Part shown: one piece after another, positions 22,319 to 33,400 of the stretch
Layout: every line of letters begins with the position of its first letter
Position numbering within the stretch: the stretch's first letter is position 1
Source of the DNA: Azolla caroliniana
Lineage: Eukaryota; Plantae; Polypodiophyta
DNA length: 64,000 bases
NCBI GenBank assembly: GCA_043228905.1
Contig: JBHGNT010000011.1
Span: forward strand, 4,898,001-4,962,000
Direction: 5' to 3'
The notes under the pieces: model-generated
Database searches by the model: none
The model's input: the letters and a program-made list of their open reading frames with translations, nothing else
Told to the model about the DNA's origin: nothing
Made by a program: the position numbers and the translations under genes

Positions 22319-25300
22319 ATGGAAGGCGGCGGCAGCGGGCAGCCGGGGATGATGGTGCTGAATGCACAGAATTACGCCGACTGGAAGATCAAGATGGAGG
22401 ATCTTCTGATTGTTCGGGACCTGTATGAACCGATTGACAGGTCGGAAATACCGAAGGGGGTACTTGAGTCGGAGTGGAAGCTCCTGAACCGGAAAGCCGT
22501 AGCGACGATCCGACAATATGTCGATGTAAGCGTCCTACAACATGTGGCGAACGACACCAACGCATATGAGATGTGGAAGAAGCTGTCGGGCCTCTACGAG
22601 AGGAAGAATGCGTTGAACCGGACCTCCCTGATGAGGAAGATTGTGAATCTCAAGTACCGGGACGGCGAGAGTATGGTGGAACACGTAAGCACGTTCATGG
22701 GATTCGTGAATCAGCTTGCGGCCATCAAGTTCCCGTTGGAGGATGCAATGCAAGCCATCATCCTGATGTGTACATTGCCGGAAAGCTGGGAGAACTTGGT
22801 GGTGACTCTCAGCACCTCCTGCACCGAAGATAACTTGTCCTTACAAACGGTAAAGACAAGTATTCTAAATGAAGAAGCGCGTCGGAGAGATAAAGAACCG
22901 GCCTCCGACTCGAAGGCGCTGCTTACCGAATCGGAACGGGGGAGACAATGGAACCGGAGTCCGCAAAGACGGGAGAAGTCGGGGACCCGGTCGCAGTCAA
23001 GAGGAAGACCCACATGCTTCCACTGTGGGAAGCCGGGGCACTTCCGGAAGAATTGTCGGCATTACCGAAAGGACAACGGAGCCGACGACACCGATTCGAA
23101 GAAGTCACCGGAGAGAAACGGTGCATACCGGGGAGCCACGGACCGAAGAGGTCCGGATCGGCGAGGCCAGGACCGGAAAGGAACGACGGCACTCGCGGCA
23201 AGTGAAGAAGAGATAATGCTTATTACCGAAGAGAGGGAGCTGAACCTTGCCGGTGTAGAGATGACCTGGGTGGTCGATTCCGGAGCGTCGTTCCACCTGA
23301 CCCCGGAGAAGAAATACTTCTCATCCTACACAGCCGGTGAGCACGGCTGTGTCCGGATGGGAAATGAAGGCACGTGCCGGATTGCCGGCATAGGAGACGT
23401 GTGGTTGTCGACATCAACCGGATGCAAGATGTTGTTGAAGGATGTGCGACACGTTCCGGAGGTCCGATTGAACCTGATCTCGGCCGGGAGGCTAGATGAT
23501 GAAGGCTACACGGGTAGCATCCGGAACGGTGTCATGAAGTTCAGCAAGGGGAGCCTGATAGTGGCTCGGGCCCGGAAGGTCAACACCCTGTACCTGATGA
23601 ATTCCCGGCTATGTCCGGAGGAGCTGAACGTGGCAGCCGACACTGCCGGTGAGCTGTGGCACAAAAGACTGTGCCACATGAGCGAGAAGGGGATGAAGAG
23701 GCTTGCAGAAGACAACCTCATTCCAGTGAAGCATGTGCATCTGGAGAAGTGCACCGATTGCCTGGCCGGTAAGCAGAACCGAACCTCCTTCCACTCAAGG
23801 CCACCGACGAGACGTAGCGCACCATTGGAGTTGGTGCACACGGATGTGTGTCAGGTAGAAACGAAGTCACATGGCGGAGCCCAGTACTTCGTGACTTTCA
23901 TTGATGATCACAGCCGGAAGCTGTGGACGGCGCCGTTGAAGACAAAGGACCAAGTGTTGTCCGTCTTCAAAGAACTCCACGCGAGAGTGGAAAGGGAATC
24001 CGGCAAGAAGCTGAAAGCGATACGAGCGGATAACGGAGGGGAATACCGGGGGCAGTTCCAGGAGTACTGTCGCTCGAAGGGAATCCGGCTCGAGTTTACT
24101 GTGCCGAAGACGCCGGAACTAAACGGGCTGGCCGAGAGGATGAACCGGACCATAATGGAGAGGGTCCGGAGTATGCTGGCGCATGCGAAATTACCCAAGG
24201 GGTTTTGGGCTGAGGCAATGTCGACAGCGACATACGTGATAAACAGATCACCCTCTGTACCTTTGGACGGAGACACGCCGCAGAAAGTGTGGACCGGTAA
24301 GGAAGTGTCCTATCGGCATCTGAAGGTGTTCGGGTGTCTCGCTTACGTGCATGTGGCAAAGGACCGGAGAGGAAAGCTAGATCTAAAGACCCGGCCATGC
24401 ATATTCCTCGGTTACGGCAACGACGAGTTCGGCTACCGAGTATGGGACCCGGTCGACAAGAAGATATTCAGGAGTCGAGATATCATCTTCATGGAGGACA
24501 AGACACTCGCCGACTGGGAGTCGGAGAAGAAGATGAAGAGCTCCAAGTCGACCGGTGAGGATAAACTCTACGAGGAGCAGTCCCGACCGGCAAGGGACCG
24601 GTTAGCACTCGAGGATCCGGCCGAAGACGGTGAAGAAACAGAACCGGCCGAGGAAGATGAAACTGATACCGGAACCGGCCCTGATCCCGAAATGGATTCG
24701 GATGAAGAGGAAACGGAGCAGCCGGTTACCGAAGCTACGGAACGGAGATACCCTCTAAGAGAGAGAAGGGCCCCCCGGAGATTTCCGGAACCAGAGCACG
24801 TGTTGCTAACCGACGAGGGGGAGCCGGAGAGTTTTGAAGAAGCAAAACTTGACACCCATAGCCGCAGGTGGTTGAGTGCCATGCAGGACGAGATGGATTC
24901 CCTGCATGAGAACCACACATATGAACTTGTGGAGTTGCCGAAAGGAAAGCGGGCACTTCGAAACAAGTGGGTGTTCAAGCTGAAACCGGGAGATGCCGGA
25001 AACCCCCCGAGATACAAAGCCAGGATCGTGGTGAAGGGGTTTCAGAAGAAGAAGGGCGTCGACTTCGACGAGATATTCGCCCCGGTAGTGAAGATGACCT
25101 CCATCCGGACGGTGCTGAGCATAGCGGCAAGCATGGACCTCGAGGTAGAACAGATGGACGTGAAGACGGCATTCCTTCACGGTGACCTCGAAGAAGAGAT
25201 CTACATGCAGCAACCGGAAGGATTCGAGAAGAAAGGGAAGGAGCACCTGGTATGCCGGTTGAAGAAGAGCCTTTACGGACTGAAGCAGGCTCCCCGGCAA

Positions 25301-26392
25301 TGGTACCGGAAGTTCGACTCCTTCATGACCGACGAAGGGTACCACAAAACGCAGTCTGATCACTGCGTGTTTGTGAAGAAGTTCGAAGGAGGAGAATCTC
25401 TAATACTCCTCCTGTACGTGGACGACATGTTGATCGTCGGACGGGACCAGGTCAAGATACGGATGCTGAAGAAAGCGCTTCACCGAACCTTCTCAATGAA
25501 GGACCTGGGTCCGGCGAGGCAAATACTAGGGATGCACATCATCCGGGACCGGAAGAAGAAGCAGTTGTGGCTGTCACAGGAGAAGTACGTGACAAAGGTG
25601 CTTCACCGGTTCAACATGTCGGAAGCAAGACCGGTCGGGTCAACCCTCCCGGGAAACTGCAAGCTGTCCAGCAAGCAAAGCCCCAAGACAAAGGCTGAGA
25701 AGGAGGACATGATGAAAGTACCATATGCCTCTGCCGTCGGAAGCTTAATGTACGCAATGGTGTGTACAAGACCGGACATAGGATATGCAGTTGGAGTGGT
25801 GAGCCGGTACATGAGCAATCCCGGCAAAGAGCACTGGAACGCGGTCAAGTGGATACTCCGATACCTGAAGGGCACGGCAAATGTGTGCCTCCGATTCGGC
25901 TCCGGTAAGTCCGAATTCGACGGCTTTACCGATTCGGATATGTCGGCTGATGCAGATACCAGCCGGTCCACATCAGGGTATGTGATGACGTATGCAGGTG
26001 GAGCTGTTTCGTGGCAGTCGAGGCTGCAGAAGACGGTTGCGTTGTCAACCACGGAGGCGGAGTACATGGCGGCTGTTGAAGCCGGCAAGGAAATAATATG
26101 GATGAAGGACTTCATTAGAGAGCTCGGTATCCGGCAAGAGGAGTACCGACTCTACTGCGACAGTCAGAGTGCCATCCACCTTGCGAAGAATGCGGCCTAT
26201 CACTCCCGGACGAAGCACATCCAGCGAAGATATCACTGGATCCGGGAAAGGATAGAAGAACAGGAGTTCGTGCTGACGAAGATCCACACGGACGAGAACG
26301 GCTCAGATATGCTGACCAAAGTGCTCACACCCGACAAGCTGGAAGCATGCCGGAAGAGGATTGGATTGGAGAGACATCCCATGCCGAAGTGA
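22319..26392 (+). CDS. gag-pol: Copia Gag-Pol polyprotein, 1357 aa from the first ATG after the PBS
   Basis: Uninterrupted ORF MEGGGSGQPGMMVLNAQNYADW..; CCHC, DSG protease, HHCC and DDE integrase, YVDD RT, RNase H. Confidence 0.96.
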   Translation: MEGGGSGQPGMMVLNAQNYADWKIKMEDLLIVRDLYEPIDRSEIPKGVLESEWKLLNRKAVATIRQYVDVSVLQHVANDTNAYEMWKKLSGLYERKNALNRTSLMRKIVNLKYRDGESMVEHVSTFMGFVNQLAAIKFPLEDAMQAIILMCTLPESWENLVVTLSTSCTEDNLSLQTVKTSILNEEARRRDKEPASDSKALLTESERGRQWNRSPQRREKSGTRSQSRGRPTCFHCGKPGHFRKNCRHYRKDNGADDTDSKKSPERNGAYRGATDRRGPDRRGQDRKGTTALAASEEEIMLITEERELNLAGVEMTWVVDSGASFHLTPEKKYFSSYTAGEHGCVRMGNEGTCRIAGIGDVWLSTSTGCKMLLKDVRHVPEVRLNLISAGRLDDEGYTGSIRNGVMKFSKGSLIVARARKVNTLYLMNSRLCPEELNVAADTAGELWHKRLCHMSEKGMKRLAEDNLIPVKHVHLEKCTDCLAGKQNRTSFHSRPPTRRSAPLELVHTDVCQVETKSHGGAQYFVTFIDDHSRKLWTAPLKTKDQVLSVFKELHARVERESGKKLKAIRADNGGEYRGQFQEYCRSKGIRLEFTVPKTPELNGLAERMNRTIMERVRSMLAHAKLPKGFWAEAMSTATYVINRSPSVPLDGDTPQKVWTGKEVSYRHLKVFGCLAYVHVAKDRRGKLDLKTRPCIFLGYGNDEFGYRVWDPVDKKIFRSRDIIFMEDKTLADWESEKKMKSSKSTGEDKLYEEQSRPARDRLALEDPAEDGEETEPAEEDETDTGTGPDPEMDSDEEETEQPVTEATERRYPLRERRAPRRFPEPEHVLLTDEGEPESFEEAKLDTHSRRWLSAMQDEMDSLHENHTYELVELPKGKRALRNKWVFKLKPGDAGNPPRYKARIVVKGFQKKKGVDFDEIFAPVVKMTSIRTVLSIAASMDLEVEQMDVKTAFLHGDLEEEIYMQQPEGFEKKGKEHLVCRLKKSLYGLKQAPRQWYRKFDSFMTDEGYHKTQSDHCVFVKKFEGGESLILLLYVDDMLIVGRDQVKIRMLKKALHRTFSMKDLGPARQILGMHIIRDRKKKQLWLSQEKYVTKVLHRFNMSEARPVGSTLPGNCKLSSKQSPKTKAEKEDMMKVPYASAVGSLMYAMVCTRPDIGYAVGVVSRYMSNPGKEHWNAVKWILRYLKGTANVCLRFGSGKSEFDGFTDSDMSADADTSRSTSGYVMTYAGGAVSWQSRLQKTVALSTTEAEYMAAVEAGKEIIWMKDFIRELGIRQEEYRLYCDSQSAIHLAKNAAYHSRTKHIQRRYHWIRERIEEQEFVLTKIHTDENGSDMLTKVLTPDKLEACRKRIGLERHPMPK

Positions 26393-26402
26393 AGGAGGAG
26401 TT

Positions 26403-27188
26403 TGTTGGGATTTCGGTCCCTCCGGATGGGATGTCCCCAGAGATAAATGATGGCAAGCCCGGTTGCGGTTACGGAACCGGATGATGAAGAGTACCCGGCA
26501 TGAAGCCGGATGAAGAGTACCCGGATGCGGATCCGGATGATGAAGAGTACCCGGCATGAAGCCGGATGAAGAGTACCCGGATACGGAGCCGGATGATGAA
26601 GACCCCGGTTACGGAGCCGGATGATGAAGACCCCGGCTACGGAGCCGGATGATGAAGACCCCGGTTACGGAGCCGGATGATGAAGACCCCGGTTACGGAG
26701 CCGGATGACGAATGTACCCGGAGAGAGATCCGGATGCGGAGACATATTTGTGAATATGTTTGCCAAGAGCCCTTGAGGCTATATTTGTAAATAGCCCGAA
26801 AGTCATATGTGTATAAATATGACTTAGGGCAAACAGTTAAGTCTGTTGTTGCTCATTTTCTGTTTTTCCACTAAGAGGGAGCGAAGTGAGAGCAGCCGAG
26901 ATAGAGCGTGAGAGAGGAAGAGGTCGACGCCTCTGTGTAATACCGCCGCCTGTGGCGAAGAAAGCGAGCGCAAGGTCGTTGCCTTGCAGCTCGCCATTGT
27001 ATATTTCTCTGTGCATAGTTTGGTTTGGAGTCTCGCACTCCCGTGGTTTTTTCCCGTATAGGGTTTTCCACGTTAATCCCTGTGTATCGTGTCTTTCTCT
27101 GTATTTCCTATTTTCTGCTCCATTGATTCAGAGATTTCTCGGTTGTGGCTGAGTGGTGAAGGTGAATTGGAAGAGCTGATTCTCAACA
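26403..27188 (+). repeat. Copia-F 3' LTR
   Basis: Copy of 21504-22289. Confidence 0.95.
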
Positions 27189-27824
27189 ACTTCGGCTGCT
27201 ATCCGGTCACTCCGGCCACTCTCACCCACTATCCAGCCATTCCAGCCTTTGTCCTTATGTTTTCGTCCGTTATTTTTGGCGTTTCTTTCACTTTCTTCAT
27301 TGTCATCTCCATCTTTGTTCCATCATTTCCATCTTTGTGGACCCTGTCTGACCAGTCTCTGGTCGTTTGTCTGATTCATGTCTCTTGAATCTCGTCCAGC
27401 CATTGCTTCTTCATTCAAGCGTTGTCTCTATCCAACCCATCCATGCCTGTTTGGTTTGGTCATCATTCGGCCCTCCGGTCGTTTGTCTTCCTGGCCATGT
27501 CTGACCGGTCCTATGTGGATAGAAATGCACTCTCATCTTTGGAACATACGGCTTGTGATGGTTGGGTCTCTCTCTCCTTTGCACGTCCATTGCTAACCCA
27601 TAGATCATAAACTTTTGTTCGTCTTTCTTTTGCGATCAACAACACGCAAATCGTCAACACCATTTCTCATTCCTCGACTTCGTTTAGTATATCGTGACCT
27701 CCATTTGCCACACATCATTGATTTGATTTCTTGCACATCATCTTTACCATTATCGCACATTTCGTCGTTGTTGTCTCTGCCACGTATTAATCTTCGACTT
27801 CGTCTCCAAAGGGGGGTCGCCTTA

Positions 27825-27834
27825 GTGGTCGCCA
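27825..27834 (-). promoter_or_regulatory. Putative PBS (tRNA-Arg type) of element D
   Basis: rc TGGCGACCAC, complementary to a tRNA 3' end GTGGTCGCCA. The Arg assignment is from memory of plant tRNA sequences. Confidence 0.6.
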
Positions 27835-27839
27835 AAAGG

Positions 27840-28392
27840 TGTTATAGGTTTTAGGGTTATGGTTAAGGACGATGATATCATGATAAAGATAGACATGGTG
27901 GTTATGATGATGATGGAGAGTACGGGATTGATGGCGAGAGAGATGATGTGCATTGAGAAGCATTGCGGGGTGGGGGGTGGTGCTTAGAATGGCTCCACCC
28001 CCCTCCCAAGGGGATTCAACGTTGAGGGGGAGAGAGAGAGAAAGAGAGATGACAAGAGAGAGAGAGAGATTGAGAGAGAGAGAAAGAGAGATGACAAGAG
28101 AGAGAGAGAGATTGAGAGAGAAAATGATCATTCATGTTTCATTCATTCCCCATAAGGGGTTAAATAGTACAAGAGGGGGTAGATACATAGGGGTGTAAGC
28201 CCCATTGACCATTCATACTAGACACTCACTCACACCTCCTCGTATCCATCCACATGCACACACGTGTGCATGTGTTCACATACGTATAGACTCACAACTA
28301 CATTTATACCCCCTACACATACACAACATCATGATAACATTCGACCCTCGCTCATCACACTTGACTCTCCGTACATCTCGTACGGGGTAACA
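27840..28392 (-). repeat. Element D 5' LTR
   Basis: 553-bp copy of 14123-14634 with a 42-bp GA-rich duplication. Confidence 0.9.
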
Positions 28393-28397
28393 GCCAA

Positions 28398-29000
28398 CCT
28401 TTCGACAATATTTGCATCTCTTCTCCTTTTGCAAATCACCATCATTAGAGGAATAACTGAAAGAGGGAGGTTGAGGCGTTGGTTTTGAAGAACCAAAAGC
28501 TGAACCATGCTTGCTTTTTCCTTTTTGTGACATAGCAAGTGCTTGTTTTCCCTCTATCAAACCACTTCTATTCACTCTAGATAGTTCTTCTTGCAAAAGA
28601 AGAGACACAACCTCATCAAATGCATACATATCGGTATTCCCTTTTGCAACCAAACGAATAGTAGTAGCAAAGCTTTGAAAAGATTCGGGTAATCCTTTCA
28701 ACAACATAGAGACAAGTGATGTATTCGAAATGATTTCATCAATGTTTGCCAATTGCTCTTTCAAATCTTTGATGCATGTCACATACACATCTACCGACTC
28801 ATTTTCAGCCATATATACATCCTCAAGTTGCTTTCTCAAATATGCAACACATGCTTCGTTACGCACGGCATACATACGAAGCAAGAGTGTCCCATGCTTG
28901 TTTGGATGTAGAGCATGACCTAATATGTGGAACTATATGACGCTTCACAGAAAGTGCAATCAATGCATGAGCTTGAGCATCTTCGAAATGGGGGTAAAAC
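28398..29000 (-). pseudogene. Copia-A gag (UBN2-type) fragment
   Basis: AHALIALSVKRHIVPHIRSCSTSKQAWDTL / LLKGLPESFQSF / KRCKYCRKVG. Confidence 0.85.
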
Positions 29001-29154
29001 AGTAGGGTACCTGCTGAAAATGAGCTCCAAGTGCTGAAATACACTTCTCTATATTCGGAAGTTGATTTGCACAATAAAAAGTGTGTGCGCGCCGCTATGC
29101 CACGACGCGGACAACCGAAGATGGAGAGGATGAAGAACTTGGCTCTGATACCAC

Positions 29155-29457
29155 TGTTGGGTATGTGCGGAAGAGTGAGGAACACACAAGAGGCACACAC
29201 AAGAAGCTCAAACAAAGAAGCACTCACACAAGGAAGACAATGGCCGGAATAGCTCTCTCTATTGATGAATAAATTATACAAAAACTAATAGGAGCTGAAA
29301 TATATATCCCTAAGTACTAAGTACCACCACATGTGAGTGACTCATATATGTGGTAACATGGGGAAAAAACCTCTAGCCAGCACTAGAGTAAAAAGTGCCC
29401 ATGTATAGGGAAAAATGGTTCACATCAAAGCTACTCGAGGAACACGTAAGTGTAACA
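29155..29457 (-). repeat. Copia-A 5' LTR (outer end uncertain)
   Basis: Starts TGTTGG next to the PBS rc; candidate ends GTAACA at 29358 or 29457; LINE coding resumes at 29458. Confidence 0.6.
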
Positions 29458-30006
29458 AATAGTACCAGATTTCTTATTGCAAATGGTATTTCCTTATGGC
29501 CCAACACTAATGGTTTTACATGTAGAAAACACAACGGAAATAGTGTGATTGACTATCTGTTACTTTCCGAAGGTATTTTGGATCGTATACATAAATTCTC
29601 ACTTGGTGAATAGACAGCAAAATCCGATCATAGGCCTTTATGTATTGATCTCAAATGTATGCATAGGTTTGATTGTGAGAAGGTTATTGAAGATAATAAA
29701 CAACCACACTTGAGCATGAACCTTAAGTGAGCACTCATGTATTCCAAGATGGTTGAGGATATGTTACAAATAACAAAGATACAACACGGTGCCACACTAG
29801 AATGAAAATGGGAAGGCTTCGACAAAGTCATTCTCTCCTGTACAAACAAATGTTTTTCGACCAACCACACATCTTGAAAATGCACCAGGAAACTTAGGAA
29901 AAAATGTTTTGATAAAGAATGTCGTGAAGCTCGAAAGTGCCTTATAGTTTTGGATGTAGTTAAGGATAAAGAGAAATACCAAAAGCATTTGCATAAGTAT
30001 AAAAGG
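29458..30006 (+). pseudogene. LINE ORF2 fragment: C-terminal part of APE endonuclease and linker
   Basis: FLIANG..GFTC..GNSVIDYLLLS..SDHRPL. Confidence 0.8.
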
Positions 30007-30430
30007 TGTAAAAAGAATAGCATGCGGAAGAAATAGAAAACCGAACACAGAAATGCAGGTTTAATGGAGAGCTTGAATATACACAGTACACGGGAGAGAC
30101 AGACAAAGAGAGAGAAGACATACTAAAACTCAATTCAAAATAATACTCAATCTGTACATAGGATGTGCTCAGTGAGCAGTTTTATACAAGCCATGACTAT
30201 CGGGCTGACACAAGTACTGACAGTACTTGAATGCTCATAAATGAGCCTACTACACTAACTCCCAAAATATATTCCTACGCAGAATATCTTTCCAATGGCC
30301 TCGCGGTTTACGCACCGCTATGGCTTCTCGTTGCGCACCCGTTTACGCACTGGTCCGGCCTAACCGATCGATCCCAACCGATCCGGTTCTCGGCTTGCAC
30401 AGCCGATCTGGCCAATGTTGAGCTTGTATC

Positions 30431-33400
30431 TCAACACTCCCCCTCAAGCTCAACTTCAGGTTCCATCTGCTCTTCTAGATCTACGCTCCAGTTCCTTCTG
30501 GCTTCACGCCTTGCTCGCACTCCTTCACCTGTTCGATTCCGCGCGGCTCGACCCTTCCGGTCGACTTGTCTGCTCACATGGCCCTTCTCAGCTTCCTTGT
30601 TGTTGCGGTATTGGCGCCTCTTCTGATGCCTTCTCTTCCGCTTCGCCCTTGGTTGATTCAGTGTATCCGAATCAAACATCCGAACCGACTCGGCTTCCTC
30701 CGATCGGTTTTCATTTTCGTCCGAGTTGGTTGTCTCCAACTCGTCTTCGGTCTTCTCACCCTTGATGGCTTCGTCTCCCCCACGCTTGGTTGACTTCGGC
30801 TCTTGGTTTCGACTGCTCCCCTTATCTCCACATTCGGAATCTTCCGCGGATCCGCCCTCGACTTCTTCAGCCAATCCGAAATCGAATTCGTCATCCGACT
30901 CGGCGTCGCGGTCTTCCGGAACTTCTCTCCCCCTTCCGTGGTCATTCGAGACGTCTCTCCCCCTCAAGTTCGGCTCGTCGAGGTGACGCAACCCAAGCGC
31001 ACCCAAGAAGTGCCGCAACTTGTCCAAACAAAGAGGCTTGGTGAAGAGGACACGCTCACGAACGAAATGGTAGTGCACCTCAATATGCTTAATTTGGGCG
31101 TGGAAGACGGGGTTCTTTGCTAGCTGGATGTTGTTGAGGTTGTCGGAGTAGAGTGTCGCTGGATCGGATACCTCCACCTGCAGATCCTTAAGTAGCCGCT
31201 TCAACCATATGGCTTCGCATGTCCCGACAACTGCTCCTCTATACTCGGCTTCGGTGCTTCAAAACAAAATTGTCGGCTGCTTCTTGCTACTCCACGCGAT
31301 CACTGCACTCCCAAGAGAGAACACGAAACCAAATGTGAATCGGCGATCGGTGACGTTGCCGGCCTAGTCTGCATCGGTGTAGCCAACCAACTACGGGGCT
31401 GTATCGGTCCGATATAGTAGCCCCCAGTCCTTAGTGCCGCTTACGTACCACAGTACGCGTTGCACACATTGAAGGTGCTCCTCGGTAGGTCGGGCCATGA
31501 ACTGACTAATCATCCCGACTAGGTAGCTGACATCTAGTCGGGTGATGGTCAAGTATATAAGTCTCCCGACTATCTATCGGAACCTCGTCGGGTCGCATAC
31601 CTTTCCGGAATCGGGGCGAAGCTTGACGGTTCTATCCAGAGGAGTCGAGACGGACTTACAGTCGGCCATCCTGAATTTGAACAGCATACTCAGCACGTAA
31701 TGACATTGGCTGATCAATATGCCTTCGGGGGGGTGCGAATCACTTTGATCCCGAGGAAGTAATGAAGGTCCCCCAGATCCTTCATGTCGAACGATGCCCC
31801 AAGCTGGAGCTTGACGCGGTCAATTTCACCTAGGTTAGCACCGGTGATGACCAAGTCATCAACATAAAGTCAAATGCTAACCGACCCGAGTCGACCTTTC
31901 CCGATGACCAGTGAGGAGTCCGATTTTGACGTCGCAAAGACCATCAGATGCAATCGTTGCATGATCTTTGCGTTCTAGGCACGGGGGGCTTGCTTTAGTC
32001 CGTAAAGGGACTTCTTCAACCGGCACACCGCCGAGGTGTTTGTTCCGGAGTGAAAACCAGGGGATTGTACCATGTACACTTGTTCCTCAAGCTCACCTTG
32101 CAGGAACACATTCTTTACATCCATCTGATGTAAGTGCCACCCCTTCGCCGCAGCTATTGCCAGTAGAACACGCACGGTAGTCATCTTCACGACAGGCGCA
32201 AAGGTCTCCTCATAGTCCACGCCGTGCTTCTACGCGGAGCCTTTTGCTACTAACCAGGCCTTGTAGTGGTTGACCGAGCCGTTAGTGTTGTATTTGACCT
32301 TGTACACCCACCTACATCCGATCGGCTACATAGCTTTTGGTGCGTCAACTAGGTCCCACGTTTCATTTTCTGCCAATGCGCGCATCTCTTCCTCCATTGC
32401 GGCACGCCAATTCGCATCCTTTGCCACTTCTGCATAGCTCTCCGGCTCACGCACTTCTGCCACTTGCGTCATATACACATAATGGTGTGCCATGTATTCA
32501 TTATACCCGTACCTCTTTATGGGGTTCTTCTAGCGGGTAGATTGGCGTAAATCGTGATTACCCGATTTAACAGCTTTTTCCGCCGATTTCGACCTCTTCC
32601 GTAGAGGTTCCTTTCCGACTAGCTCGAGGTCAGATTCGCTTCAAATTGACTCGACACTATTGAAATCATATCCGGTGTCTTCTTCTTCCCTTTTTCCTTG
32701 CACGTAAACCGTCTCCTCGGTTCTTTATGCGGGGAATGCACGGTCGGCTCTTCTTCGGACTGGTCAAACCGACTCAATTGTCCATTCGGTCCGCTTAACC
32801 GAAACGAAATCAGACTCTCTTCACAGGTTCCGATTTCAGGCTCATCCGGAGGCATCTCGGCCTCACTGACCTCATCATCAGAACTCGGATTGGAGGTGAG
32901 GTCCGGAGTCGGAGGCAAGTACCAGGACGCGGACTCGTCAAACACTACATCGCGGCTCACGCGAGCTTGTTTGGTTTGGGGGTTATAGCACTTATAACCC
33001 TTCTGCTCATCCGAATAGCTGACTAAGATACACTTCTCAGCTTTCGTGTCCAACTTTCTCCATTTCTCCTTCGGCACATTCACATACGCAATGCTACCGA
33101 AAACACTCAAATGTCATAGATTCGACTTCCTTTTGAAATACAACTCATGTGCCGACACTTTGTCTCCGATCCGATTCTGGATGTACACCGCAGTTCGTAC
33201 CACCTCGGCCCAATAGAACTTGGGCAAGCTCTTTTCTTCCAGCATTGCCCGTGTCGCTTCCACAATCGACTGACTCTTCCTTTCGGCCACGCCGTTTTGT
33301 TCCGCCATATATCTGCAACTAAATTCGTGTTGAATTCCCATCTCTTGCAGGTACCCATTGAATTGACCGGAAAAGTACTCTTTTCCGCCATCCAACCATA

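Larger units (their letters stand above)
21504..27188 (+). mobile_element. Copia-F: intact young Tnt1/Tto1-like element
   Basis: 786-bp LTRs 21504-22289 and 26403-27188 (5 transitions); TSD ACTTC; PBS-Met 22292-22303; PPT 26391-26400. Confidence 0.97.
14123..28392 (-). mobile_element. Element D: non-autonomous LTR retroelement (about 3.2 kb without nested E and F; TRIM/LARD-like) with Arg-type PBS
   Basis: LTRs 14123-14634 and 27840-28392; TSD GCCAA at 14118-14122 and 28393-28397; minus-strand TGGCGACCAC 5 nt inside the right LTR; about 2.15 kb of internal sequence with no gag/pol motifs. Confidence 0.85.
1..29457 (-). mobile_element. Copia-A: degenerate Ty1/Copia LTR retrotransposon, split by B and D; 3' part lies left of the window
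   Basis: PBS TGGTATCAGAGCC (rc, 29141-29153) next to an LTR starting at 29155. Gag, CCHC, protease and integrase fragments rejoin across TSDs GCCAA and GGGTG. Outer LTR end uncertain (29358 or 29457). Confidence 0.8.
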
